From an uncultured Candidatus Saccharibacteria bacterium (GTDB taxonomy: Bacteria > Patescibacteriota > CAZHWT01), in contig CAZKPX010000003.1 of NCBI GenBank assembly GCA_964554805.1, positions 76,366 through 140,365 of the forward strand: a DNA stretch of 64,000 nucleotides, in the 5' to 3' direction. The notes beneath the pieces were generated by a model. It was given only the letters and a program-made list of their open reading frames with translations, was not told the DNA's origin and searched no databases. The translations under genes and the position numbers were made by a program. This document shows, in pieces, positions 10,052 through 19,183 of the stretch (position 1 is its first letter; every line of letters starts with the position of its first letter).

Positions 10052-10744
10052 CTATTTGCCGAAGCGGCGGTGGCGGGTGGCGTAGTCTTGGAGGGCTATG
10101 TCTAGTTGGGTAGCGTCAAAATCGGGTAGATGGAGGTCAGTGAAATAGAATTCGGCGTAGATAGCTTGCCACGGTAAAAATCCGCTGGTCCGTTTTTCGC
10201 CTGAAGTTCTGATAATAAGGTCAATATCGGGTTGGCCTGCCGTATCAAGGTGGCTGGACAATGTTTGTTCGTCTAGCTGGCTACTATCTAAGCCCTGGGC
10301 AGATAATTTTTGGATGGCACGAATAATTTCGTCGCGTCCACCGTAGTCCAAGGCGATATTAAGGTGCTTGTCGGTGAAATGAGCGGTGGTTTGTTCGAGT
10401 TGGTGGAGTTTTTTGAGTAAGGGAGCCGGTAGCCTATCTTGTCTGCCTAGGTGGTGGAAGGCTGTTTGATTGGCAATAATTTGATCATTTAGCTGATCGA
10501 GGGCAGTGGAAAATAATTTGAACAGATAGCCCTTTTCTTCCTCTTGCCGTTGCCAATTTTCAGTGGAGAATCCCCACAGAGTAAGGACCGGAATGCCAAG
10601 CTGGTTGGTGTGATTGACGAGCTGCTTGATTCGCTCAAAGCCGCGACGATGGCCTTCTAGGCTGGGTAGATTGTGCTGCTTGGCCCAACGACGATTGCCG
10701 TCAGGGATAATAGCGATATGTTGTGGGAGATGTTCTGTTGACAT
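10052..10744 (-). CDS. uppS: Undecaprenyl-diphosphate synthase (cis-isoprenyl transferase)
   Basis: IIPDGNRRWA, GHRRG and FSTENWQR motifs. Confidence 0.9.
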   Translation of the reverse strand: MSTEHLPQHIAIIPDGNRRWAKQHNLPSLEGHRRGFERIKQLVNHTNQLGIPVLTLWGFSTENWQRQEEEKGYLFKLFSTALDQLNDQIIANQTAFHHLGRQDRLPAPLLKKLHQLEQTTAHFTDKHLNIALDYGGRDEIIRAIQKLSAQGLDSSQLDEQTLSSHLDTAGQPDIDLIIRTSGEKRTSGFLPWQAIYAEFYFTDLHLPDFDATQLDIALQDYATRHRRFGK

Positions 10745-10984
10745 ATAAAAAGTAGGAGTTAGGACTGCTATTATACCATAATTTATCGAGAAACGATAAA
10801 CGCCAATTTTATTGTCCTGGGAATAGCATCAAAATTGTAAATGATTTGTGATTCGAAGTATAGCGTATGTTGGCAAGATAAGGGGAAGGTAAACGTTGAG
10901 GAGGTTGGAGGTAGGAGGTTGAAGGTGGTCAAAACCTTAAACCCTAAACCCTAAATCCCTCTACCTCCAACCTTCTAGCTCGGT

Positions 10985-11974
10985 TTACTTGTGTGGGTGG
11001 CGGGCGTGGAGGGCTTGTTTGGCGGGCATGCTTTGGGCGGCTGATCTGCCTCCGGGCTGCTTGAGGGCTAGCCAGATGCCGATGACGGCTAGTCCGGCAC
11101 CAAGACTGTAGGCCCAATGAATTGATTCGTTGAGGAAGATGACAGCTAGAATTATGCCGGCTAGTGGTTGAACGAATGTTAGGACCCCGACTTTGTGGGC
11201 GGTGGCGAACTCGAGCGCCCATTCGTAGAGCCAGTAGGCGATAACTGATGAAGCTAGACTAAGATAGATAATCCCCCAGGCTACTTGGGCGTTGAAGTGG
11301 CTGAACAAGTTGGGATCTTGGAGGTATTCCCAAGCTGCCAAGGGCAGAAAACTGATCATGCCGACGATGAAGGAGACGGTGGTGATGGCGATGGGCGAGA
11401 AATTGTGGTTGAGCTTTTTGGAACCGATGGCATAGACGGCTACCGCAATGGTGGAAATGAGAATACCAATGTTGCCCCAGAATGAGTGATGCGTAGCGGT
11501 GCCGTGGGTGGTGAGCGCAATCATGACGCCGAAGGTGGCCAAGCTTAAGCCGAGAATGTTGGTGGTAGTTTTGAACTCTTTGAGGAATATCCAACCGGCG
11601 GCACAAATCATCAGGGGAGCTAAGGCAATAATGATGCTGGCATCAAGCACTGAGGCGCTGGCAATGCCGACGAAGAAGAAGCCTATTTGAATGGTGATGC
11701 CGACGAAGCCGAGGGCAATCAACTGCCATATTTTGACCTCAGAAATCTTTTTGAGAGATCGACGCTGACTATCTTTGATAAAAAAGGGAATCAGGAATAA
11801 ACTGGCCAGGCAGAATCGAAGCAGGAGGGTGGTAAAAACTGGAAATTGTTCTATGGTGACCTTTGAAACGACACTGGTGCCTCCCCAGATAGATAGGCAG
11901 AGGATAAGGCAGGCGTAGACGATGAAGGAGGGTGGGCGGCGTTTGGGCATAGCATTGGATATTGTATCAGACAA
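10985..11974 (-). CDS. EamA/DMT-family transporter (10 TM)
   Basis: Two EamA-like five-TM halves, highly hydrophobic. Start may be the internal MPKRRPP at 11950. Confidence 0.65.
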   Translation of the reverse strand: MSDTISNAMPKRRPPSFIVYACLILCLSIWGGTSVVSKVTIEQFPVFTTLLLRFCLASLFLIPFFIKDSQRRSLKKISEVKIWQLIALGFVGITIQIGFFFVGIASASVLDASIIIALAPLMICAAGWIFLKEFKTTTNILGLSLATFGVMIALTTHGTATHHSFWGNIGILISTIAVAVYAIGSKKLNHNFSPIAITTVSFIVGMISFLPLAAWEYLQDPNLFSHFNAQVAWGIIYLSLASSVIAYWLYEWALEFATAHKVGVLTFVQPLAGIILAVIFLNESIHWAYSLGAGLAVIGIWLALKQPGGRSAAQSMPAKQALHARHPHK

Positions 11975-12362
11975 GCATTGGATAGCTCAAAGGGGGGGAT
12001 AGAGGTGGGAAAATCCTAAATCCTACATTCCTCGACCCATCTTTTTGTGTGTCATTTTTTCAAATCAAATAAACATGACTTGGTGGCTTTGATTGGGTAT
12101 GGGTGAGATGTGTTGTGATTGCATACCTCTTTTTGGTCAGGCTGGGAGACCAGTATTTGATATGAAAGAAATGAATACAGGGGTTTATTCTTCAAACACA
12201 GAAGGCAGAAGGCGGGAGACTGTCTACATCCTTCCTCCAGCTGGCGGATCCTATATCCTCATGATCGTCCCTACATGCTTGTTGCTTGACGGTGGGGGCG
12301 GGATGAGGCATGCTAAGTTGGTTAGACTAGTGCAAATCATTTGAGAAAGGTATACTGGTGCT

Positions 12363-13010
12363 ATGGAAATTACATGGTTTGGCCAATCGGCTTTTAAAAT
12401 AAAAACAAAAACTGCCACGATCATCATTGATCCCTTTAAGTCAGATAAAATCGGCTTGCCGTGGAAGAGCCAGTCGGCAGATATTGTGCTGATTAGCCAT
12501 GATCACGATGACCATAATAATGTGGCTGGAGTAGATGGCGGTTTTGTGGCAACCGGCCCTGGTGAATATGAAGTTAAAGAGATATTGATGAGTGGCGTAC
12601 CTTTGTTCCATGACGCTGTTAAAGGGGCTGAGCGAGGCAAGAATACTGCCTACACCATGGAAGCCGAAGGTATTACTATTTGCCATTTAGGTGATGTAGG
12701 GCACAAGCTGACCGGAGAACAAGCAGAGGAGCTATCTTCTGCAGATGTGGTGATGGTGCCGGTTGGTGGAACCTATACGGTTGATGGTGCGACGGCGGCT
12801 GAAATCGTCAGTCAGCTGGAGCCAAAAATTGTTATTCCCATGCATTATGCAATTCCGGGAGTTATTGATAATCCTAACTTGAGCGGTCTAGAAGATTTCT
12901 TTAAAGCTTTGGGCAAGGAAGTTTCAGAGTCAGTGCCAAGCCTGAAGGTGGGCGAGAAGATAGGATTGCCTGAAGAAATGCAAATTGTGGTACTACAGCC
13001 TCAAAAATAG
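12363..13010 (+). CDS. Metallo-beta-lactamase-fold metal-dependent hydrolase (UPF0173-like)
   Basis: SHDHDDHNN His-x-His-x-Asp-His zinc motif and the conserved small-MBL N-terminus MEITWFGQSAFKIKT. Confidence 0.75.
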   Translation: MEITWFGQSAFKIKTKTATIIIDPFKSDKIGLPWKSQSADIVLISHDHDDHNNVAGVDGGFVATGPGEYEVKEILMSGVPLFHDAVKGAERGKNTAYTMEAEGITICHLGDVGHKLTGEQAEELSSADVVMVPVGGTYTVDGATAAEIVSQLEPKIVIPMHYAIPGVIDNPNLSGLEDFFKALGKEVSESVPSLKVGEKIGLPEEMQIVVLQPQK

Positions 13011-13169
13011 CCGTGGACTATTCCACGAGAATATGGAATATTGGGTATAGAATATAGAAGGAGCTAGTTAGCTAATAGCTGGCGAGACGCGAGACATGGA
13101 TATTGGCAGAATAATGGCTATGGCCTATATTCGATATCCGATATTCGCGACTGTAAGGAGCTAGTATTT

Positions 13170-14594
13170 ATGGCCACCAGGGCAAATGAAGCCAAAACTA
13201 GACGAAGCGAGTCCAGCTACAACCTGCAGGAATTGCTGGAGGGGACAAATCGGATTCCGCCCCATAACCTAGATGCTGAAAAGGCGTTGCTGGGTTCGTT
13301 ATTATTGGATCGCGATGCTTTGATCAAAATCGGGGATGTGCTGACACCCGAACATTTTTATGCGGCCAAGCACGGCATTATTTACAAAGCTATCATGCAA
13401 TTGTTTGATAACAATACGCCGGCTGATTTGATAACGGTATCGACTCAATTGACTGAGTTTGGTGAATTGGAGTCTATTGGCGGATCTGGTTATGTGGCTG
13501 ATTTGGTTAATGGGGTGCCCAATGCGGCCAACGTTGAGCATTATGCTGAAATAATTCGGCAGGGTTCGGTGCGTCGACGTTTGATTGAAATGTCGGCCAC
13601 CATGAGCGATAAATCGTTTGATATAAAGACTGAGCTGCCCGAAGTGCTTAACTTCTCTGAGCAATCGTTATTTGAAATCACTCAGGGCACGATGAAGCGT
13701 AAGTTTGAGTCGATTCAGTTGACGTTGACGGAGAGTTTTGATCGTCTGGAAGAGCTGCATCAGAATAAGGGTAAGTTGCGAGGCTTGGCGACTGGTTTTC
13801 GGGATATTGATAAGAAGTTGGCGGGACTGCAGGATAGCAACTTGATTATTTTGGCGGCTCGTCCGTCAGTGGGTAAGACATCGTTGGCTTTGAACATTTG
13901 TCAGTATGTGGCGGTGGAGGAGAAACTGCCGGTAGGATTTTTGTCTCTAGAATCGTCAAAAGAGGAGTTGGTTGATAGGTTGCTGTCTAGTCAGAGCAAT
14001 ATCGATGCCTGGAAGATTACGACCGGCAATTTGACTGATCGTGATTGGGAAGCGTTGACTGACGCCATGGGCAAATTGGCAGAGGCGCCGCTGTATATTG
14101 ATGATACGCCGGCCATGAGTTTGACTGAAATGAAGACCAAGGCTCGACGGTTGCAGATGGAGCATGGCTGTCGATTGTTGGTGGTGGACTATTTGCAGTT
14201 GGCTAAGGGGTCAGGCAAATATGGCGATAATCGTGTTCAAGAAGTGTCTGAAATATCTCAGGGCTTGAAAGCTATTGCCCGTGAATTGCGTTGTCCGGTG
14301 ATCGCCTTGTCTCAGTTATCTCGTAACGTTGAGCAGCGCGGTACGGCTGATAAACCGAGCCCTCCCCAGCTATCTGACTTGCGTGATTCAGGATCTATTG
14401 AGCAGGATGCTGACGTGGTAATGTTCTTGTGGCGCGAAGATAACACCATGGCGACACGGGGATCGAGTGATACATTGCCAGTCAAGTTGTCTATTGCTAA
14501 GCATCGAAATGGGGCAATTGGAGAAATCGACCTGATCTTCAAGGGTGCGCGGACCAGGTATTATGGGGTGGAGAAGAAGCGTGGGGATGAATAA
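13170..14594 (+). CDS. dnaB: Replicative DNA helicase DnaB
   Basis: N-terminal DnaB domain (PHNLDAEKALLGSLL), Walker A ARPSVGKTSLALN, LVVDYLQL, RecA-like C-terminus. No intein. AAGGAG SD. Confidence 0.9.
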   Translation: MATRANEAKTRRSESSYNLQELLEGTNRIPPHNLDAEKALLGSLLLDRDALIKIGDVLTPEHFYAAKHGIIYKAIMQLFDNNTPADLITVSTQLTEFGELESIGGSGYVADLVNGVPNAANVEHYAEIIRQGSVRRRLIEMSATMSDKSFDIKTELPEVLNFSEQSLFEITQGTMKRKFESIQLTLTESFDRLEELHQNKGKLRGLATGFRDIDKKLAGLQDSNLIILAARPSVGKTSLALNICQYVAVEEKLPVGFLSLESSKEELVDRLLSSQSNIDAWKITTGNLTDRDWEALTDAMGKLAEAPLYIDDTPAMSLTEMKTKARRLQMEHGCRLLVVDYLQLAKGSGKYGDNRVQEVSEISQGLKAIARELRCPVIALSQLSRNVEQRGTADKPSPPQLSDLRDSGSIEQDADVVMFLWREDNTMATRGSSDTLPVKLSIAKHRNGAIGEIDLIFKGARTRYYGVEKKRGDE

Positions 14595-14622
14595 AAACAG
14601 CCGAGCAATCGGCTGTTTTTAG
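14595..14622 (+). terminator. Rho-independent terminator after dnaB
   Basis: aaaaacagccgagcaatcggctgtttttag. Confidence 0.7.
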
Positions 14623-14775
14623 TGAGACGCGGGGTGCAGCATCGCTTTGATTCCAGGTCTATATCCGAGTTTCCTGTCTGGTGTCTCGCCACCGTAGGTG
14701 GCTTGGCCTGTGGCTTATAAGTTTGAAAATTGACTAGATTTGTAGTATAAGCAGGGTGTCTAGGCAAAGGCTTAG

Positions 14776-15645
14776 ATGCGGTTTTATAGGAAAGGTGTGA
14801 CGGTGGGCACGCAGCTGAATCAGATCCCTGTTTTGAACCGGGCGATGCTGGAGAAAACTCGCGAGGAGGTGGTCAAGCTTGTCGTGCTGGGCCAGGTGGT
14901 TGCTGCTGAACGCGGTTCTATTGACTTTGGCCCGTCAGTCGGCATAGCTTCACGCCAGTATCAGGCTATTGGGCGGCTGATTTTGACTATTCCTTGGTAT
15001 GTGCCTCAAGTTGAGGTGCTGCCGAGCGAACATCCTCTGTTCGATGCCGGGCTAGGCATTGAGTGTATTGGTGAGTGTCTTGTTCGTCCCGGATCATTCT
15101 CTCGCCAACTAATTGATGGCTTGTCATTACAGAGACCTGATTTGGTCGGACCAGGAGTTGTTCCGATCAAGGCTATATACACGCAGGTGTACAAGATGGC
15201 ACGACGTGCTATGGCCTTGATGGCTGCTGAATCCAGACTCTCGCCATTCATTGATGAGGGAAGGGGTGAGTGGTCCGACGTATCTGGTATGTTTCATAAG
15301 GCGTTGGTCAACCTTATGGAACTGTACGACGAAGACTATAACAGCGCCCAAAAGCGCATCAAGGAGATTCTTCGACAACAACTGTGGTCTCTCCATGAAC
15401 CACAGAACAATGTTTTGAATTACGGCGGGGGATTTGAGCACGCATTGCGTTGGGTGCAAGCAGTTTATGCTCAGAGTTTGGAGCTGCTGTATAACCCAAT
15501 GCTTGACCAAGCTGCATTGGACAGCCATCACGAAAGACTGGTTCAAGCAGGAGTTGCTTTTTGTTTGGGCTACATCCCGCTGAGGTGGACTCTCACTGAT
15601 CGACCAACGATGCAGGTAGCCAAGCCGGTTGTATGGAGGGAGTAG
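14776..15645 (+). CDS. Hypothetical protein
   Basis: 289 aa ORF. No recognisable motif. Followed by a terminator. Confidence 0.4.
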   Translation: MRFYRKGVTVGTQLNQIPVLNRAMLEKTREEVVKLVVLGQVVAAERGSIDFGPSVGIASRQYQAIGRLILTIPWYVPQVEVLPSEHPLFDAGLGIECIGECLVRPGSFSRQLIDGLSLQRPDLVGPGVVPIKAIYTQVYKMARRAMALMAAESRLSPFIDEGRGEWSDVSGMFHKALVNLMELYDEDYNSAQKRIKEILRQQLWSLHEPQNNVLNYGGGFEHALRWVQAVYAQSLELLYNPMLDQAALDSHHERLVQAGVAFCLGYIPLRWTLTDRPTMQVAKPVVWRE

Positions 15646-15672
15646 AGCGAAAATAACTACAGTATTGTCTGT

Positions 15673-15700
15673 AAGGGGTGCCTATTCGGCACCCCTTTTG
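15673..15700 (+). terminator. Rho-independent terminator
   Basis: aaggggtgcc-tattc-ggcacccctt followed by ttg. Confidence 0.65.
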
Positions 15701-16015
15701 ATAGGTTGTTCTCCGGTGCGTTATGACGCTCGAAATTGAATTAATAATATTTGTGTGGTACATACAAGGAGGGTGCTTGGACAGTACCGGTGGATTTGAT
15801 ACTGCTCATCGCTAGCTCATTGCTGTCTATGGCCTGGGCATGGAATTTATCAGGGCGTCTGCTTGTCAGGCCGAGCGGATGAAGCGGTGTCAGGATGATT
15901 TGGTTATGGCTGGGATCGGATTCCACCTTGGCCACATCCCCCTGTATTGCAATGGCGGACCATATACTGGTCAGGTATTGGAGGCGGCCAGGCTGTTTGT
16001 GAAAGTTTGAGAGAT

Positions 16016-16044
16016 TTGACAGAGGCCTATAGTTGTGGTATAAT
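16016..16044 (+). promoter_or_regulatory. Near-perfect sigma70-type promoter: TTGACA, 17 nt spacer, TG-extended TATAAT
   Basis: ttgaca at 16016-16021, spacer gaggcctatagttgtgg, tataat at 16039-16044 with tg immediately upstream. About 180 nt upstream of the 16225 ORF. Confidence 0.6.
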
Positions 16045-16224
16045 GACTATTGGTATTGAACTGGCCATGTTTGGAATTTAACTAGGGAGTTTTGGCTTTC
16101 TGTGAGTTTTTGCAGCCACGTTGGAAGTGATAGGAGAGAGCTCGGTTGGTGGACTGGGCTCTTTGTTCTTTTTTGAAAAGGCCAGACTTTTTAGTAGCTG
16201 GCTTCGTGAGTTTTAGCGAGAGGG

Positions 16225-16791
16225 ATGAAGATGATCAGCCTGGAGCAGCAGCAGAACGAACGATTTGCTGAATGGGAAGCAAGCCATGGTTTTTTCTTTG
16301 CTTCGTCGTTGCTTCGGTTGTTGAGTTGGGAAGGTCTGCAAGCGTTCTTCGGCCAAACCTTCAGCAGGCTTGACGATCCAACCGTGATGGATGCTATGGA
16401 TGACAGCTATGAGGCGATAATGGCTAGCCTGGCTGTTAATCAAATCGGTCAGCACAACCAAAGCCTCATTCTTAGAAGTCAGATAGCTGCTGAAATGAAG
16501 CAGATTTTGGCCGATGATGATGAGGCAGACGCTCGCGCTGGTACTGCCACGAAATGGGCAGCTACCATGGTGTTGGAGCACTTGAATGCGTACCACCCGA
16601 CAGTGATGGCTGAGTGGGTCATCCGCAGTGCCCTGGATGACATGACACTAATCGCGGCGATAGGCTGTACGTATCCGGAAGCAGGTCTGGCAAAGCCACA
16701 ATGGGCCGCCTTTGTCGTGCAGCGCTGCCATCTATGGAGTATGGGGGTGCCGGTTGAAGTGCAGAACAAGGACGTTGTGACATTTGTCTAG
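16225..16791 (+). CDS. Hypothetical protein
   Basis: 188 aa ORF downstream of the consensus promoter. No family recognised. Confidence 0.4.
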   Translation: MKMISLEQQQNERFAEWEASHGFFFASSLLRLLSWEGLQAFFGQTFSRLDDPTVMDAMDDSYEAIMASLAVNQIGQHNQSLILRSQIAAEMKQILADDDEADARAGTATKWAATMVLEHLNAYHPTVMAEWVIRSALDDMTLIAAIGCTYPEAGLAKPQWAAFVVQRCHLWSMGVPVEVQNKDVVTFV

Positions 16792-16792
16792 G

Positions 16793-16855
16793 AAAAGGAG
16801 GAGTGAGGAGGACAAGTGAGGAGGAGAAGTGAGAAGGAGAAGTGGGGAGGGGGAG
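16793..16855. repeat. Purine-rich (AAGTGAGGAGGAG)n tract after the stop codon
   Basis: gaaaaggaggagtgaggaggacaagtgaggaggagaagtgagaaggagaagtggggagggggag. Confidence 0.7.
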
Positions 16856-16905
16856 TATACTTGCAAGTTAGAGATTGGACGTTGGTTATAGGAAGGTGGA
16901 GATAG

Positions 16906-17262
16906 GTGACTGACAATATGGAGCCTATGGGCGAGGAGTGGCGTGAGGAGATCAAGGCACTGATTCGTCAGTTGGAAAATCTCGACAACCTGGACATCCA
17001 GGATGTTCAAGATGGCACTGACGCGGGATTGATTGAGATTCACGAAAGACCTGTCGTAATGGAAACTCCAGAAGGGTTTGTTTATGACGCTCTTTTTCGT
17101 CGAGTAGAACCTGTGCCGGTTGCTGAGAGCGAAGAGGATCTTTTGGCAGCAGCAAGTGATCTGGAGCTTCTGGAAAACGTAATGCTGTCTTTGGGGGCAG
17201 CTGGGGTAGATGATCCGATAGGCTTTCTTCAAGAGAACGGCCTGTGGATTGGAGAAGATTGA
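16906..17262 (+). CDS. Hypothetical small acidic protein
   Basis: 118 aa, highly acidic (many D/E). No motif recognised. Confidence 0.35.
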   Translation: MTDNMEPMGEEWREEIKALIRQLENLDNLDIQDVQDGTDAGLIEIHERPVVMETPEGFVYDALFRRVEPVPVAESEEDLLAAASDLELLENVMLSLGAAGVDDPIGFLQENGLWIGED

Positions 17263-17370
17263 GGTAAGGCCTCGGTTGCGCATCTGCAATCGGGGCCTTT
17301 TATTTTGCTGCTTTGGGTTATCTTGAAAAAAACTGAAGTGGAGGATATAATGCGACAGCGTATCGCTCCG

Positions 17371-17457
17371 GGCCGGAGTGGTGGAATGGTAGACACGGCG
17401 GACTCAAAATCCGCTGCCGTAAAACAGCGTGGAGGTTCGAGTCCTCTCTCCGGCACC
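17371..17457 (+). tRNA. tRNA-Leu (anticodon CAA), class II with long variable arm, CCA encoded
   Basis: gccggagtggtggaatggtagacacggcggaCTCAAAAtccgctgccgtaaaacagcgtggaggttcgagtcctctctccggcacca. The 7-bp acceptor stem pairs, anticodon loop is ctCAAaa, T-loop is ggttcgagtcc, 3' end is CCA. Confidence 0.85.
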
Positions 17458-17675
17458 AGATATATATTCCCATCTTTGGATGGGAATATATATCTGGTCT
17501 CCTGCGAGAGGCGAAACCTCCAGGGTTCGTTTATAGTCAGGAGCTATGTAGCCGCCAGAGCTGCATGGTGGAAGGCTATAATCCATGAGCGTAAGCGAGT
17601 GTTACTCTCTCCGGCAAATATACAGATCCCTCGACTTGGCTCGAGATGACGAATGGGTTAAAGAAAGGTTTTTAT

Positions 17676-18239
17676 ATGGCACAAGTAACTGACTTGCGAA
17701 ATGGCAGTGTTTTTTATTATCAGAATGAGCTGTATTCGGCACTGTCTTATGAGCATATTAAGATGGGCCGCGGTGGGGCGGTTATTAAAATTAAGGCACG
17801 CAATTTGAAAACGGGTGCTTCGCGTGAAATCTCATTTAATAATGGGGCAACTGTTGATGATGTGGCTTTGTATCGTGAGAATGCAGAGTTTATTTATGTT
17901 GATGCCAAGCAAGCCTTTTTTAAGATGGGATCTAATCCTCGTTTGAGTGTGCCGCTTGAAGTGGTGGGCGATAATAAGCCTTTTTTGAAGGCTGGTCAGG
18001 TGGTACCGATGGTGTTGACTGAAGAGGATGATGAGCCGATTGATATCGAGATTCCGGCGACGGTGGAATTGGAAGTTAAAGAAGCCCCGCCTAATGAAAA
18101 GGGTAATAGTGCTGGATCGGTAACGAAGCCGGTGACCTTGGAAACCGGTTTGGTGGTGCAGGCTCCGATGTTTATTGCTGTCGGTGATAGAATAAAAGTT
18201 AATACCTCTAGTCGAAGTTATGTTGAGAGGGTAAAATAG
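17676..18239 (+). CDS. efp: Elongation factor P
   Basis: KMGRGGAVIKIKARNLKTG (the loop carrying the modified Lys/Arg) and a C-terminus (VTKPVTLETGLVVQAPMFIAVGDRIKVNTSSRSYVERVK) that matches EF-P domain III. Start taken at ATG 17676 (MAQVTDL). Confidence 0.85.
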   Translation: MAQVTDLRNGSVFYYQNELYSALSYEHIKMGRGGAVIKIKARNLKTGASREISFNNGATVDDVALYRENAEFIYVDAKQAFFKMGSNPRLSVPLEVVGDNKPFLKAGQVVPMVLTEEDDEPIDIEIPATVELEVKEAPPNEKGNSAGSVTKPVTLETGLVVQAPMFIAVGDRIKVNTSSRSYVERVK

Positions 18240-18364
18240 GGGAGTGGTGGGAGCAGGGGTATCTACGCTCGTGTACTCCTCGTCACTGTTCGTGACTGCG
18301 GGGTAGCCTGCGCGCAGACACCCCTGCGACCAGGGTGGGGCGGTAGCTAATAATTTTAGATTGG

Positions 18365-19183
18365 ATGTTTATGGAACCTGAATTGGTTTTGACTTTACTT
18401 AAAATTGCTGGAGTGTTTGTTGGATTGAGTTTTATAGTGTTTTGGGTGGGGTTGGTGTGGTGGGTTAGTCAGGATGTGACGAGTCGGACAAATGACAAGA
18501 TTATATTGGCGGCGGCCGTGGCTTTTGCGACTATCTTTGGACCGGTGGGGGTGCTGCTGTATTTGATTGTTCGGCCTAGACAGACTATCAAAGAGAGCTA
18601 TCGGGAGATGCTTGAAACAGAGATAAATCGTAAGCTGGCCTCGATGGATATGGCTTATTGCCCATTTTGTGGGGCTAATTTGGAGCGTGACGCACATGTG
18701 GCGCATCCGGATCAACTAGTGATGACTGAAATAGAAGAGCAGGTTGTGTATGATCCTCAGATTGCTGAACAGGCTATGGTTGGACGCAGCAAAACGAAGT
18801 TGCCTCAGACGCGCAAAGTCGTTGATGGGGGCAAGCTGTTGAGTGTTCGTGTTAGTCGGAGTGTGGTGTCGATGACGAAAGCTACGGCTAAGGGATTGAC
18901 CTTTTTGCTAACTCCGTTGCCGGCTCAGGAGAGGACTGATGCTAGCGACGAGCGGCTAAGTACTGGCGACGGGCGACGGGCGACGGGCGACGAGGTGAAA
19001 ACAAAAACTACTGGCGACGAGGTGAAAACGAAAAATACTGGTGACGGGGTGGATGTTGTTGTTGAGGAGAATGGGGGTGGGGGGAAGCAGGTTGAGTTTG
19101 CGCAAAAGTCTCGTCCGGTGACTAAGAAGAAGGCTGCTAGTAAGTCAGCTAGTCGAAGTGGAGCGCGTCGTGGTAAGAAATAG
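18365..19183 (+). CDS. Hypothetical membrane protein with zinc-ribbon-like motif and a repeat-encoded C-terminal tail
   Basis: Two N-terminal TM helices and a CPFCGAN Cys pair. The C-terminal 80 aa are low complexity, encoded by (GCGACG)n (ATGDGRRATGDE) plus a 27-nt tandem repeat (TGDEVKTKT x2.5). Confidence 0.45.
   Translation: MFMEPELVLTLLKIAGVFVGLSFIVFWVGLVWWVSQDVTSRTNDKIILAAAVAFATIFGPVGVLLYLIVRPRQTIKESYREMLETEINRKLASMDMAYCPFCGANLERDAHVAHPDQLVMTEIEEQVVYDPQIAEQAMVGRSKTKLPQTRKVVDGGKLLSVRVSRSVVSMTKATAKGLTFLLTPLPAQERTDASDERLSTGDGRRATGDEVKTKTTGDEVKTKNTGDGVDVVVEENGGGGKQVEFAQKSRPVTKKKAASKSASRSGARRGKK

Noticed and set aside
10950-10975. Telomere-like (CCCTAAA)x3
   Set aside because: Only three units inside a circular-chromosome-type gene neighbourhood. 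It is treated as a chance or REP-like short repeat, not a telomere.
12093-12344. 83 aa ORF upstream of the MBL hydrolase
   Set aside because: It lies in a spacer with no SD, has an odd composition (CCDC, GGGG) and no homologous features. It is likely non-coding promoter or leader DNA.
17371-17457. tRNA-associated integration site creating the 14.7-17.3 kb unknown-gene block
   Set aside because: The unknown genes lie 5' of the tRNA, while islands normally insert at the tRNA 3' end. No integrase or direct repeat of the tRNA 3' end was seen.
17305-17649. 114 aa six-frame ORF
   Set aside because: It exactly overlays the tRNA-Leu gene (17371-17457) and has no SD. It is a spurious read-through of a structured RNA gene.
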